Source of the DNA: Candidatus Thorarchaeota archaeon | Lineage (GTDB): Archaea; Asgardarchaeota; Thorarchaeia; Thorarchaeales; Thorarchaeaceae | Assembly (NCBI GenBank): GCA_963726195.1 | Contig: CAVSBO010000013.1 | Span: 71,038 to 135,037 of the forward strand | Length of the DNA stretch: 64,000 nt | Direction of reading: 5' to 3' | In this document: positions 31,423 to 41,446 of the stretch, in pieces | How positions within the stretch are numbered: the first letter of the stretch is position 1 | Layout of the letters: every line of letters starts with the position of its first letter | Notes under the pieces: model-generated | What the model was told of the DNA's origin: nothing | What the model saw: the letters and a program-made list of their open reading frames with translations, nothing else | Databases searched by the model: none | Position numbers and translations under genes: made by a program

Positions 31423-31564
31423 AAGGGAAAAGCTGTGGCCTCGTGATGCCAATGCTTATCAGGGGAAGGCGTTTCGTTCCGGCCAGAACTACGAAGGAGG
31501 TAGTCAGGCAAAATGGCAATAACCCAATGGGGGAATCGCGTTTGCGCGCCAGTCGATACTAGCT

Positions 31565-31771
31565 TTGCCTCCCTCTGCGAAGTTCGTCTATGTGCTTCTT
31601 AAGAGCCGGCACCGATTGTCCCGGCAGGATTTGATTTCGGAGACCTACATGCCGCCGAGAACCGTTAACTATGGAATTAGTCGGCTAAAGGCATTAGGTC
31701 TCATTCAGGAAGAGAAGCATGGCGACGATGCGCGGGAGAAGGTCTATGTGCTGGTCTCGGCGCCGGTGTGA
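31565..31771 (+). CDS. Small winged-helix DNA-binding protein
   Basis: LPPSAKFVY.LL...RTVNYGISRL...DARE.VY is a common archaeal wHTH family; true start probably slightly upstream. Confidence 0.75.
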   Translation: MPPSAKFVYVLLKSRHRLSRQDLISETYMPPRTVNYGISRLKALGLIQEEKHGDDAREKVYVLVSAPV

Positions 31772-31813
31772 TTTCCGCCCAAGAATCTGCGTCGACTAAG
31801 TGACAACCAAAGG

Positions 31814-31852
31814 TACTGCAGGCAACTGCAGTATCTCCCTTTCTTTCAGTTT
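31814..31852 (+). terminator. GNRA hairpin plus pyrimidine tract
   Basis: TACTGCAG-GCAA-CTGCAGTA followed by tctccctttctttc. Confidence 0.5.
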
Positions 31853-31938
31853 ATCCAAAAGCCTCATAATCGCGATACAGTGACTCGGATTGGCCAACTC
31901 TCAACATGGTGCAGTTGAGCATGGCCAGATGATGAGCG

Positions 31939-33328
31939 ATGAGCGATCCGGTAAGAGACGAAGGTAACTCAGACTTCTATGCAAGGCTGGGAGTCGAACC
32001 GATGGGCAAAGAAGGGCGCACTCATTTCAGCAACGAACTGACGCCGGACATTGCTGGAAAGGATGTCGTGCTAGTCGGATGGGTTCACATACTTCGCGAC
32101 AAAGGTAAGCTCAAGTTCCTCATCCTTAGAGATGAACATGGCACTGCTCAGGTTACAATATCGCAGGAGAAGGTTCCTGTAGATGTGTTTGCCCTTTCCG
32201 GACAGCTAAAACCTGAGTCAGTCATCGCTGTCAAGGGCAGAGTTGTGAAAGCTGGACAGGTCGATAGGGGAGTCGAAGTCGTACCGAGTGGAATACGTTT
32301 GATAAACACTGCAGAGCGGCTTCCTATAGACATTGTCGAGGGAAAGGTCGACATTGACCTGGAGACCCGTCTCAACAACCGCATTCTGGATTTACGAAAG
32401 CCAAGAGTGAGTGCCATTTTCCACGTGCAGCATTGTCTGGTGAAATCGGCTAGAGAGTATCTGCTCAAGAATGGATTCATCGAGATACATACCCCCAAGC
32501 TTGTGGCCGAGGCCACTGAAGGGGGTGCAAACCTCTTTGAAGTCAAGTACTTCGAGAAAAAGGCGTACCTCGCGCAAAGTCCCCAGTTCTACAAGCAGCT
32601 CATGCTTCTAGCAGGATTCGGAAGAGTCTATGAAGTCGGGCCTGTATTTCGGGCTGAAAAACACAACACACGTCGTCACGTCAACGAATACACGTCATTC
32701 GATTTCGAGATGTCTTGGATCAGCGGCGTTGAAGATGTCATGAAGATGGAAGAGAAAATGCTCGAGTACGCGATTAAGCAGACAGTAAAGGAAGCGTCTG
32801 CCGAACTCGAGTTGCTTGGTCTGAAGGTCCAAGTACCCAAGGTGCCATTCAAGAGAATCAAGCATGCTGAAGCGATTGATCTGGTGAACGAGACGGGCAA
32901 GCAGCTGATCTTACGAGGACGACCTTGACCCGGATTGTGAACGAATTCTGGGCGACATCTTTCCGGAGAAGTACGGCACGGACATGGTATTCATAACCCA
33001 TTACCCGCTATCGCTCAGGCCTGCCTATACAATGCCTAGTCTTACTGACGAGGGGAAGACAGAGAGCTTCGACCTTACCTACAAGGGCATGGAGATTACT
33101 ACAGGCGGCCAGCGCATACATCTGTACAATCTTCTGGTTGAACGATTCAAAGAGAAAGGCTTCGACCCGGAGCATTTTGCGTTTTACCTCGACCCGTTCA
33201 GGTATGGAGTTCCCCCGCATGGAGGACTGGGCCTCGGAGTAGAGCGGTTGACGATGCAAGTCCTCGGAATCGAAAATGTGAGGGAAGCCACTCTATTCCC
33301 AAGAGACCGTGACAGACTGACTCCTTAG
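31939..33328 (+). CDS. aspS: Aspartyl-tRNA synthetase, archaeal type (indel near 32908)
   Basis: OB fold GWVH..RD.G, TRLNNRILDLR, YLAQSPQFYKQ, FRAE, GGQR, PPHGG.GLGVERL, LFPRD. Confidence 0.95.
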
Positions 33329-33395
33329 TGCAGTCACTATAATACTCTCACTTAAAGCAGAAATCGCGGCAACCTACAGTGGCCCAGCGGCATCC

Positions 33396-34162
33396 ATGTC
33401 AATTCCAAAAAGGTGCCAAACAATGGACGAACCACTGCAATCCGAGCTCTTTGCATCAATCGCTACACTGGACCAGCTCAAGAAAATGTACGACATGGGT
33501 GTTATTGATATCAGATCGTACGAAAGGGAGTCCGAAGCATTGATTGCAGAGGTTCGGAACTGCATCGAACAGATGCGCCGGACCGGCCTCGACATAGGGA
33601 GTTTCGTCGGTCAGGCTCGGAGTATCAGAGTCTTTTCCTGATGCATCAAGCATGTTGGGTCTGCATGGGCGAGCCAATAAGCAACCAATCGGAGGGATGA
33701 CGGCCGATCAGTACTATGACTACATCGGGCTTGCTATCCTTGATGTGGCTACTGCAAACTCGTCGAAGGGTTTGATGGGACTTGCGGAACTCATTGTTGA
33801 GGTCGTTCGGTTGTTGCCGGAGCTGAAGTCTGTCAGCTACAATGACGTGATTGAAGCTGTAAACCGAGTGTTCTCAGCACGGATTGATACCCGGCATCCG
33901 AACGCTCAGGGGAGGAGTCAAGGTCGTTGAGCTACGACCATTGGAGCTCCGCCGTGACCAAGCGGACGTGATCAATGCTGCTGCAACCAAAGGCTACATC
34001 TCCGTGGAAGAGCTCATGATGCAGCTCAAATGGTCCGAAGACCACGCCCGTCAAGTGCTTTCCAGTTTGGTCGACGCTGGTATGGCAGTGGCAGACATAC
34101 GGTTCTCCACAGGCGGTCGTTATTACTTCCCGGGCCTAAGGCCAAGGGATAGTACCGTATAG
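33396..34162 (+). CDS. Vps28-like N-terminal hairpin fused to ESCRT-II Vps22/Vps36 (EAP30) winged helices (indels near 33612 and 33871)
   Basis: SELFASIATLDQLKKMY..GVID..SY...LI (Vps28-like); QYYDYIGLAILDV...GLMGLAEL...VSYNDV..AV...PLEL..DQ..V...KGYISVEEL...LKWS..A..L..L...GMAVAD...YYFPG (EAP30). Confidence 0.75.
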
Positions 34163-34210
34163 AAAGGCATACTCATTTTCAGTCATTGACTTTGACTGAG
34201 TTAGGATTCT

Positions 34211-34924
34211 TCACACCGCTACCACTATCGCGCCTTTCTTGGAGTCCACCCACTTTGCCATTTTCCTGTCAACCATTATCTCCAAGATGCGATGCAAGTC
34301 TCTTTCGGGAAGCTTCGAAAAGTCTTGCGCAGTTTCCTGTACAATGATTGACTGCACGTCCAGACGTAGTTTGCCTGTTTGGATAGCCCAGGCACGTATC
34401 ATATCTGCCCATTCTTCAAGAGGTCGCCAGTACACCCGAAGCTGCCTTCTCTTTTCGTCCAACCACTCGCCAACATCATTCTCAACTAACCAGTCCCCTA
34501 TCAGCCTGAACGCTTCTACCTTTCCAAGTATGTCGCTGAACGGTCTTTCCTTGATGAAGGTCGATACTGACAGAACGTGAATACTCCCAGACTCAGTCCA
34601 TACAATCAGGAACTCGGCCCATTCTTTCTCCCACGATTCTTTGTCTTCTTCTCTGGGTGGGATGCTATACATCCATCCTGACTGTTTTGGGCCGCCCCAA
34701 GATGGCGTAACAAGAACGGTAGCTTGTACGGGTACCGACTCCGGCGCGGATTCAGTCAGAGTAGATTCGAGTCCTTGAGATAGTGAAGTTTCTTCAGCTC
34801 CGGCTTCTACGACATCAACGAGAGCGTTAGTCTTCGTTGTTTCGTCCTCAGCAGAAGCCTCAGTTGCTCGTTTGGGAGCTGCCTTCTGTCGTTCCTTCTC
34901 TTTCCGGCGTTCCTTGACTTCCAA
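34211..34924 (-). CDS. vps25: ESCRT-II Vps25 homologue with disordered N-terminal extension
   Basis: WMYSIPP, W..EW..FL, GEWLD......VYWRPLEEWADMI..W, F..L...L..IL; co-transcribed with vps4. Confidence 0.85.
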   Translation of the reverse strand: MEVKERRKEKERQKAAPKRATEASAEDETTKTNALVDVVEAGAEETSLSQGLESTLTESAPESVPVQATVLVTPSWGGPKQSGWMYSIPPREEDKESWEKEWAEFLIVWTESGSIHVLSVSTFIKERPFSDILGKVEAFRLIGDWLVENDVGEWLDEKRRQLRVYWRPLEEWADMIRAWAIQTGKLRLDVQSIIVQETAQDFSKLPERDLHRILEIMVDRKMAKWVDSKKGAIVVAV

Positions 34925-34927
34925 AAC

Positions 34928-36157
34928 CTAAGATGCCTCCCCCCATTCGATGTACTTCCTTACGTCTTCTGGTGGCGTGCCGGGTCCAATGCTCTCGATG
35001 GCCCGCAGAAAGTCCGCTCTGGAGACCGGGCGGAGTTCGGATACTGTGCCATCACGATCTGTTTCTTCTCCGCGCTGTAAATCCCTTATTGGCTCCATCG
35101 CAGCCTCTCGACATACCACAGTGATGTCCCGGCCACTGTAGCCCTCGGTCAGGTCAGCGAGCTCTTCGAAGTCGACCTCAGAAGACATGCTGACTCCCTC
35201 CATCTGGATTTCGAATATCCTTCTCCTTGAGGCTTTCCCTGGCAGCGGGATAAGGATCTTCTTCTCGAATCTCGACCTAAGAGCGAAATCCAGTTCCCAT
35301 GGAAGGTTCGTAGCGCCAATGACAGTTACCCTTTCGTCAGGTTGGCTTGTGAGTCCCTGTAGTTCTGTCAACAACTGAGTCTTGAGGCGTCTCTCGCCCC
35401 CGACGTCGTGGCCTGTCCTCGAAACGCCCACTGAATCAAGCTCATCCATGAAGATTATAGAAGGCTGATTCTTTCTCGCCATTTCGAATAGAGTCATGAC
35501 GAGCTTCTCAGACTCGCCCAGCCACTTGCTCACTATGTTTGCAGCGGAGACATTGAAGAACGTTGCATGCACTTCAGATGCCACAGCTCTTGCAATGAGG
35601 GTCTTGCCACATCCAGAGGGTCCATAGAACAGGATGCCCTTCCACGGTTGCCTTGATTTTCCTTTGAAGAGTTCAGGGTGCTTCATTGGTGTTATTATGG
35701 CTTCTTGGATTGCTTGCTTCGCGTCTTCCAGTCCCGCAACCTCAGACATTTTCGAGTCGGGCCGTTGGGCGATGATTGTGTCAGCGATAATTCCCTGAAG
35801 GTATCTCGCATCTTCATTATCATCATCTGTTTCCTGAAATCCTCGACTGGCTGAAGTCGGTTCGCGTCTCTCAACTGGACGTGTGGCAGGCTTGCTTGGA
35901 ACTGACGGTCGGTCTACCTGTCTCGTCTTGATGCCTGAGATGTATCTTACCCGATCCACGCACTCTTCGGCCCTGCTCAGGTAGTGTTTCTGCAATGACG
36001 GAAGGGATGAGGAATTGGAGAGCCTGATGAGTATCATGCTCACTTTGAGATAATAATGAGATGCCTCTTTCTGCAGTCCCTTCCTGTCGAGCTCTATGGC
36101 CTTTTCGAGTAGAGCCTTGACTCCGAGGTCAAGGCGGTCCGCGTCTGTTCCTGACAT
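34928..36157 (-). CDS. vps4: Vps4 AAA+ ATPase with N-terminal MIT domain
   Basis: MIT (KAIELD...A..YY...YLSRAE); VAGLEDAKQAIQEAII.P, PWKGILFYGPSGCGKT, SKWLGESEK, FMDELD, GATNLPWELD, EGYSG.DI. Confidence 0.93.
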   Translation of the reverse strand: MSGTDADRLDLGVKALLEKAIELDRKGLQKEASHYYLKVSMILIRLSNSSSLPSLQKHYLSRAEECVDRVRYISGIKTRQVDRPSVPSKPATRPVERREPTSASRGFQETDDDNEDARYLQGIIADTIIAQRPDSKMSEVAGLEDAKQAIQEAIITPMKHPELFKGKSRQPWKGILFYGPSGCGKTLIARAVASEVHATFFNVSAANIVSKWLGESEKLVMTLFEMARKNQPSIIFMDELDSVGVSRTGHDVGGERRLKTQLLTELQGLTSQPDERVTVIGATNLPWELDFALRSRFEKKILIPLPGKASRRRIFEIQMEGVSMSSEVDFEELADLTEGYSGRDITVVCREAAMEPIRDLQRGEETDRDGTVSELRPVSRADFLRAIESIGPGTPPEDVRKYIEWGEAS

Positions 36158-36305
36158 TCGAGTCCGGGAGTCAAGTGTGACTGAATGGTTAAGAGTTTCT
36201 GTGTTTCCCTGCGTGATACTGTTCCGACTCTTCTATGCGTCCAGAATACGCGTTTGCTACGAAGGCTTAAAGGCGCAGGCCTCGCAGGACCTATGAAGTT
36301 CATTA

Positions 36306-36938
36306 TTGGACATGGTGAGGTCGTTGGGTACGGCGAAGAAGGCTATGACTTGGGGCCGCAGAAAGCCAGACGTCGCAGAGGTGACCAGTCAGCTAAGAAT
36401 CTTGGGCAAGGAGCTCGAGCGAGAAAGAAACCGGCTCGAGAAGCAGGAAGTTGAAACCAAGACAAGGGCTGTGCGAGCCCGAAAGGATGGCCACATGGAT
36501 GGTTACAAGACTTACGCAACAGAGATGATACGCTTTAGGAAATCCGCCTTGTCTATTGACAAATCGCGGCTTCATCTTCTGAGGTTTCTTTCATCCATCA
36601 TTCACGCTCAGTCCGCTGCCAAGACAAACTTGGTTGTTGAAAAGGTCGCCAAGATTCTGGGGCTTTTTGTTGATGCCAGAGACTCTGCCAAGCTTGTTCG
36701 GAACCTCGACGAAATCACTCGACGGTTGGACGCGATCGAAATCGAGGGGTCCATATCGGACGAGACCTTCGACTCTATGAAAGACAGCAAGGTGACATCG
36801 GAGGAGCTAGCCGCAGCAATGCAGGAAATTGACGCGGCGGCTGGTGCTGAGGAAGCTGCTTCTCGGGCGGGCCCCGCTACCGAGGCTGAGAGACTCGAAG
36901 AGGAGATCAAGTCGCTAGAGAAGGAGCTGGGAGTTTAG
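36306..36938 (+). CDS. ESCRT-III subunit (Vps2/24/46, CHMP1-like class)
   Basis: Basic N-terminal helices (LERERNRLEKQE..K..A..A.KDG..D..K.YA.EMIR.RK), acidic C-half, MIM1-like ERLEEEIKSL tail; divergent from vps4. Confidence 0.85.
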   Translation: MDMVRSLGTAKKAMTWGRRKPDVAEVTSQLRILGKELERERNRLEKQEVETKTRAVRARKDGHMDGYKTYATEMIRFRKSALSIDKSRLHLLRFLSSIIHAQSAAKTNLVVEKVAKILGLFVDARDSAKLVRNLDEITRRLDAIEIEGSISDETFDSMKDSKVTSEELAAAMQEIDAAAGAEEAASRAGPATEAERLEEEIKSLEKELGV

Positions 36939-36939
36939 T

Positions 36940-38511
36940 CTAGCGCCCTAAGCCTTGACTTCTCCCAGAAGCCGTATCCAGTCGTTTTCTTGTCTCAAAT
37001 GAGTCTCGCATCAGCCCCTTGTATCGTCTAATGAAGTCCTCGGGGACCAACTGACCATTCCTCAACAGACGAACCGTTTCTTTTGCGGCATCGTCGATTG
37101 CCATAGCATCTCTTCTGAGTCCTATCATCTCGGAAGAGTCAGGGGCCTTCGAAGGTACTCCATCTGCACCGAACAAGCCACCCAAGTCTGGGCCAATCCT
37201 ATCACGGTATTGCATAGGCAACGTTCGTGCATCATTGCCTGCAATGCCTCCGAAGGGGTAGTAGGAAGATGATCTTTGGTCGAATGTTCTGTATGCTCCA
37301 GATGACATTGACCCAGCTTCTGGTTTTCCACCCGCATAGAGCAGGGAATAAGCAAGTTCCTCAACCTTTAGCCTAACGTCACTGATGTTCACATCGGTCT
37401 GTCCAAGTTTTCTTGTTCGCTGTAGGTCTGATTGCATGTACTTGTCGAAACTCTTGGCAATCTCCACGTAGTCTGGGAGAACACTCTCAGTTTGCTCACT
37501 ACATGATATCTTGATGTCCCCCTGTTTCATTCTGAGGACTACCCTTCTCCTCAGCCTGCCATCTTCCTCGATGCTCTTCATGTATGCTAGAGGAACATCA
37601 AACACGATGTCTGTCTTCTTACGCAATCTTCCGGTTTCAGCTATGAAGACGAATCTCTTGTTGGTAATGTATAGGGTTCCATTTGCCTTGTCATTCTTCA
37701 CGAAGTCGCTGCCTGCAATCCTTATGTCTGGAAGAGCACACACCGGCAACTCGTTGACAGATAGTTCGGCAGTCTCATAGAAACCCGAGAATTGCTTCCT
37801 GTAATAATCCAGTCCGTCCAGCTGTTGTTCGATGTCTACCAGACTCAGTCTCGACTCCTCGATTGCATCGTCGACGTTCTTCTTGTACTGGCCGACGAGT
37901 TGAGTGACTCGATTCGTGACGCCGCCCACGAAGGGGAATTGATCAGCTGACCAAGCGGCGGAATCAAGGAGTCCCTTTGTTTCGGCAACCATTTGCCTTG
38001 AGACTATCTCCGCCTGACTTGTGACTCTGTTCTTGATAGCTGGGAGTTCCATCTCAATGTTCTCAATCTTCTCCTCAAGCCAGCGATAGTGGAGAAAGTT
38101 TGCCATTCTCAGAGAAACCAGAAGTCTCTTGGCTGAGGTCAGTTGATTGGTGAAGTCCCGCAAGCGTGTGTATCCATAGTGGAGAGTCATTATTGCTCGG
38201 CGCAGGTCTTGAGCAAGTGCCTTCCTTTTCTCCTCGATAGGTGTCGTGCGTGTGGAGTGGCACCTAGGGCAGATTTCTTCTAGTCGCTTGCCAACACTGA
38301 GCTCGTGAGAGCCACATTCTGGGCATTTCTCAAACTTCTCGCCTGGCGCGGGCGTTCCAAGGCCGTGATGACAATTGCTGCAGACGTAGTGTTCGCTTGA
38401 CTTGGTCTTCAGGCAATCCAAGCACAGTACTTCTCCACAATCCTCACAGAGGTGCGTCGCTCTGTTCGCCTTGCAGACTTTGCATAGATGGGTAGACGGT
38501 TCGTTGCTCAA
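36940..38511 (-). CDS. Zn-finger + coiled-coil + PH/GRAM-like + Vps23 steadiness-box protein (ESCRT-I-like)
   Basis: Six CxxC pairs; GTLYITNKRFVF..VPL..MKSIE (PH/GRAM); C-terminal AIDDA.....LLRNGQL..EDFIRRYK.L.R..F (steadiness box); SD GGAGG before TTG at 38511. Confidence 0.7.
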   Translation of the reverse strand: MSNEPSTHLCKVCKANRATHLCEDCGEVLCLDCLKTKSSEHYVCSNCHHGLGTPAPGEKFEKCPECGSHELSVGKRLEEICPRCHSTRTTPIEEKRKALAQDLRRAIMTLHYGYTRLRDFTNQLTSAKRLLVSLRMANFLHYRWLEEKIENIEMELPAIKNRVTSQAEIVSRQMVAETKGLLDSAAWSADQFPFVGGVTNRVTQLVGQYKKNVDDAIEESRLSLVDIEQQLDGLDYYRKQFSGFYETAELSVNELPVCALPDIRIAGSDFVKNDKANGTLYITNKRFVFIAETGRLRKKTDIVFDVPLAYMKSIEEDGRLRRRVVLRMKQGDIKISCSEQTESVLPDYVEIAKSFDKYMQSDLQRTRKLGQTDVNISDVRLKVEELAYSLLYAGGKPEAGSMSSGAYRTFDQRSSSYYPFGGIAGNDARTLPMQYRDRIGPDLGGLFGADGVPSKAPDSSEMIGLRRDAMAIDDAAKETVRLLRNGQLVPEDFIRRYKGLMRDSFETRKRLDTASGRSQGLGR

Positions 38512-38708
38512 CGGGATGCCTCCGAACATCTGGGTTCGAGTTATGCAATAGAGCGTCCTGAATAATTGGCTATGTATCACACAAGTATTAGTCAATCCAA
38601 GTCGCTTTGAGGCAGGTTGGTACAACTGTCTGGCCACTTGCAGCAGCTTGTTTTGTCCGGATTGGTTATATCACGTAAAGCGCGCTCGAATCACGGGAAG
38701 AACCGGAC

Positions 38709-40094
38709 ATGGAGAACCTTGCGCAGGCTGCAATTGAGGCTGCTCTGAAGGCCGGAGCCGCTTTTGCAGACATCAGGATAGAAAACACAGTTACTACGAT
38801 TATTGAGCTTGACGACGGAGTCACGAAGCGCTCGATGGCTTCTCAATTGAAGGGGGCAGGGATTAGAGCGTTCTTCGACGGGGCATGGGCGTTCGGTCAG
38901 ACCACGGACCTCACCCCTGCTGGCATGCGAAGCACGGCAGTCTCTGTCGCTAAGATGGCTATCGCCACACATGGCAGAGTTGCGGAGAAGTTCAGTATTG
39001 ATGGACCTGCTTTCAAAGACAGTATGCCTCTCAAGGTGAAGCGCCCGTTCCAGGATGTGCCAGTCGAAGAAAAGGTTGCATTCGTTAAGACGATAGATGA
39101 ACAGGCTCGAGGCTATGACAAGAGGATAGTGAATGTTCGGACATCGTATGGCGACCTGTGGACGGAGCTTTACGTAGTCAATTCTCTGGGCACGAGTGTC
39201 TACATCGAGAACTCATTGCCGCGCCTTTCCTGTGCAGTCACGGCCAAGGACGGATCCAACAGACAGCGAGCATTCAAGTCAGTGGGGGCAAAGGGCGGCT
39301 TTGAAGAGATGGAAACCGAGCGTGCTCAAGCGGTTGGTGAAGAGTCTTCCAAGCTGGCGGTTGAACTGCTGTCTTCTGTTGCTGCAAGGGGCGGAGTGCA
39401 TGACGTCATCATGGATCCGGTTTTCAATGGAGTGATGGTGCATGAAGCGTTTGGTCATGCATGTGAGGCAGACAATTGGCCAGCTCACACGACGGTGCTA
39501 GAGGACAAGATGGGAAAGGTCGTGGGACCTGAGCACCTCAACCTGACTGATGATCCGACGCTTGAGGGCATGCGTGGTTCGTTCCCGTATGATTGGGAAG
39601 GAACCAAGACCAGAAAGAGGCATCTTGTCAAGCGTGGCGTTCTTTCAGAGCTACTGCATAGCATTGAGTCTTCTAGCAGGCTCAGCATGGAACCAAACGG
39701 TGCAGCAAGAGCCCAATCTTTCACGAGTGAACCGATTCCTCGGATGAGCAATACATTCATGGAGCCTGGTGATTGGGGAGTTGACGAGCTAGTCTCAGAC
39801 ACACGTCAAGGAATCTTGCTCTGCGACTTCAACTACGGTTACACAGAACCATCAAAGGGGCAGTTCATGTTTCAGGCGAGCTATGGTTACCTCATAGAAG
39901 GTGGAGAGGCCGGACAGATGGTTCGTGATGTATCGATTGCAGGGCAGATTCTTGAGGTGCTTCCGAAGATAGACGCCGTAGCGAATGATTTCAAGTTGGA
40001 AGCAGGCAGTTGCGGCAAGGGCGGTCAGTGGGTTCCGGATATGAGTGGCGGGCCGCATGCCCGCATACGTGCGGTCCCCGTAGGAGGCATGTAG
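38709..40094 (+). CDS. tldD: TldD metalloprotease
   Basis: FADIRIE, HEAFGHACEAD, DDPT, DWEG, PRMSNT, CGKGGQ..P. Confidence 0.92.
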   Translation: MENLAQAAIEAALKAGAAFADIRIENTVTTIIELDDGVTKRSMASQLKGAGIRAFFDGAWAFGQTTDLTPAGMRSTAVSVAKMAIATHGRVAEKFSIDGPAFKDSMPLKVKRPFQDVPVEEKVAFVKTIDEQARGYDKRIVNVRTSYGDLWTELYVVNSLGTSVYIENSLPRLSCAVTAKDGSNRQRAFKSVGAKGGFEEMETERAQAVGEESSKLAVELLSSVAARGGVHDVIMDPVFNGVMVHEAFGHACEADNWPAHTTVLEDKMGKVVGPEHLNLTDDPTLEGMRGSFPYDWEGTKTRKRHLVKRGVLSELLHSIESSSRLSMEPNGAARAQSFTSEPIPRMSNTFMEPGDWGVDELVSDTRQGILLCDFNYGYTEPSKGQFMFQASYGYLIEGGEAGQMVRDVSIAGQILEVLPKIDAVANDFKLEAGSCGKGGQWVPDMSGGPHARIRAVPVGGM

Positions 40095-40095
40095 T

Positions 40096-41445
40096 ATGAC
40101 ACAGCAACTCACAGAGCTAGCGGAAAGAACAGTCAAAGCCGCAGAACGGCTTGGTGCTGAACAGGCTGAGGTGTATGTTGGCTCGGCGCGGTCTTTCTCG
40201 ATTTACGTTGAGAACAATGCAATCAAGAGTGCAGCCGAAAGAAGAGACGCTGGATGCGGCATACGATGCGTGTTTGGAAAGAAGATAGGCTTCGCTTACG
40301 TGACCACGCTCGACGTTCACGACATCGAGAATGCTGTACGCAGGTCCGTTGCTTTGGCAAAGGCATCGGTCGCTGACCCCGACTTCGTGAGTCTGCCTAC
40401 TCCTGAGTCACATTACCCGGTTGTCAAGGGTTTGTTTGACAAGGCCATTGAAGGTTTGGATGCTGAAGAAGCTGCTGACCTAATTGCAAGATGCGTGGAT
40501 GCTGCGAAAGAGCCCGTGCAGAAAAGGCAGTACGCGATTCAGGCTGATCTGAGTGCTTCTTCGGGAAGCAGGGCAATCGCCAATTCTCTCGGAATATCAC
40601 TGTCAGGCAAATCGACTTCTGCGATAATAGATAGCGACGTGACAATCAAAGAGGAGGGAGACCAGACATCAAGCGCTGAGTACCAGGTCTCACGTGCGCT
40701 GAACGGGATAGACCCCGAATGGGTAGGCAGGACTTCCTCAGAGAACGCATTGCAGAACCTCGGAGCCAAGACAATCGAAGGAGGCGAGATGTCGGTGATT
40801 CTGACCCCTCTTGCAGCAAGTGTGGTCATCGGATCGGGTTTTGCAGGCGCCATCAATGCGGAGGAAGTCCAACAGGGGCGCTCCTACATTTCAGATGCAA
40901 TTGGTTCAGAGATTGCTTCGGACAAACTTCGCATTTTGGATGATGGTTTGCTCATGGGTGGACTAGGATCACGAGCATTCGACGCAGAAGGCGCTCTCTC
41001 TCAACGGACCGAGGTGTTGAAGGGTGGCGTGCTGAAGAGTTTACTTCATAGTTCCTATACTGCCAACAAGGATCGAGTTCCCAACACGGGCAATGCCTCT
41101 CGACCCTCGTATGCTGGCATACCGATGATTGCAACTACCAACTTCGTGGTTGAGCCAGATCGCGGCACGCTCGAGGACCTAGTTTCGGAAGTGAAGAAGG
41201 GTGTTCTTTGCAGGAGCACGGATGACCGGCCAAATATGACCACAGGCGATCTGAGCGCTATGGTGATGGAGGGTTTCTACATTGAGGACGGTGAGATTCG
41301 AAAAGGAGTCAAGAGCACGCTCATAGGTATCAACATGCGCGACCTGCTCAAGAGGGTTAGCCGTGTCGGTGCTGATACAAGAGCCACCATGTCCATGGTT
41401 ACACCCTCCATAGTCATTGACTCCGCCAGAATAACCTCCGGGTAA
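40096..41445 (+). CDS. tldE: TldE/PmbA partner subunit
   Basis: GAEQAEVY, FDAEG, TGNA.R, TGDLS, no HExxxH; follows tldD. Confidence 0.9.
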   Translation: MTQQLTELAERTVKAAERLGAEQAEVYVGSARSFSIYVENNAIKSAAERRDAGCGIRCVFGKKIGFAYVTTLDVHDIENAVRRSVALAKASVADPDFVSLPTPESHYPVVKGLFDKAIEGLDAEEAADLIARCVDAAKEPVQKRQYAIQADLSASSGSRAIANSLGISLSGKSTSAIIDSDVTIKEEGDQTSSAEYQVSRALNGIDPEWVGRTSSENALQNLGAKTIEGGEMSVILTPLAASVVIGSGFAGAINAEEVQQGRSYISDAIGSEIASDKLRILDDGLLMGGLGSRAFDAEGALSQRTEVLKGGVLKSLLHSSYTANKDRVPNTGNASRPSYAGIPMIATTNFVVEPDRGTLEDLVSEVKKGVLCRSTDDRPNMTTGDLSAMVMEGFYIEDGEIRKGVKSTLIGINMRDLLKRVSRVGADTRATMSMVTPSIVIDSARITSG

Positions 41446-41446
41446 G

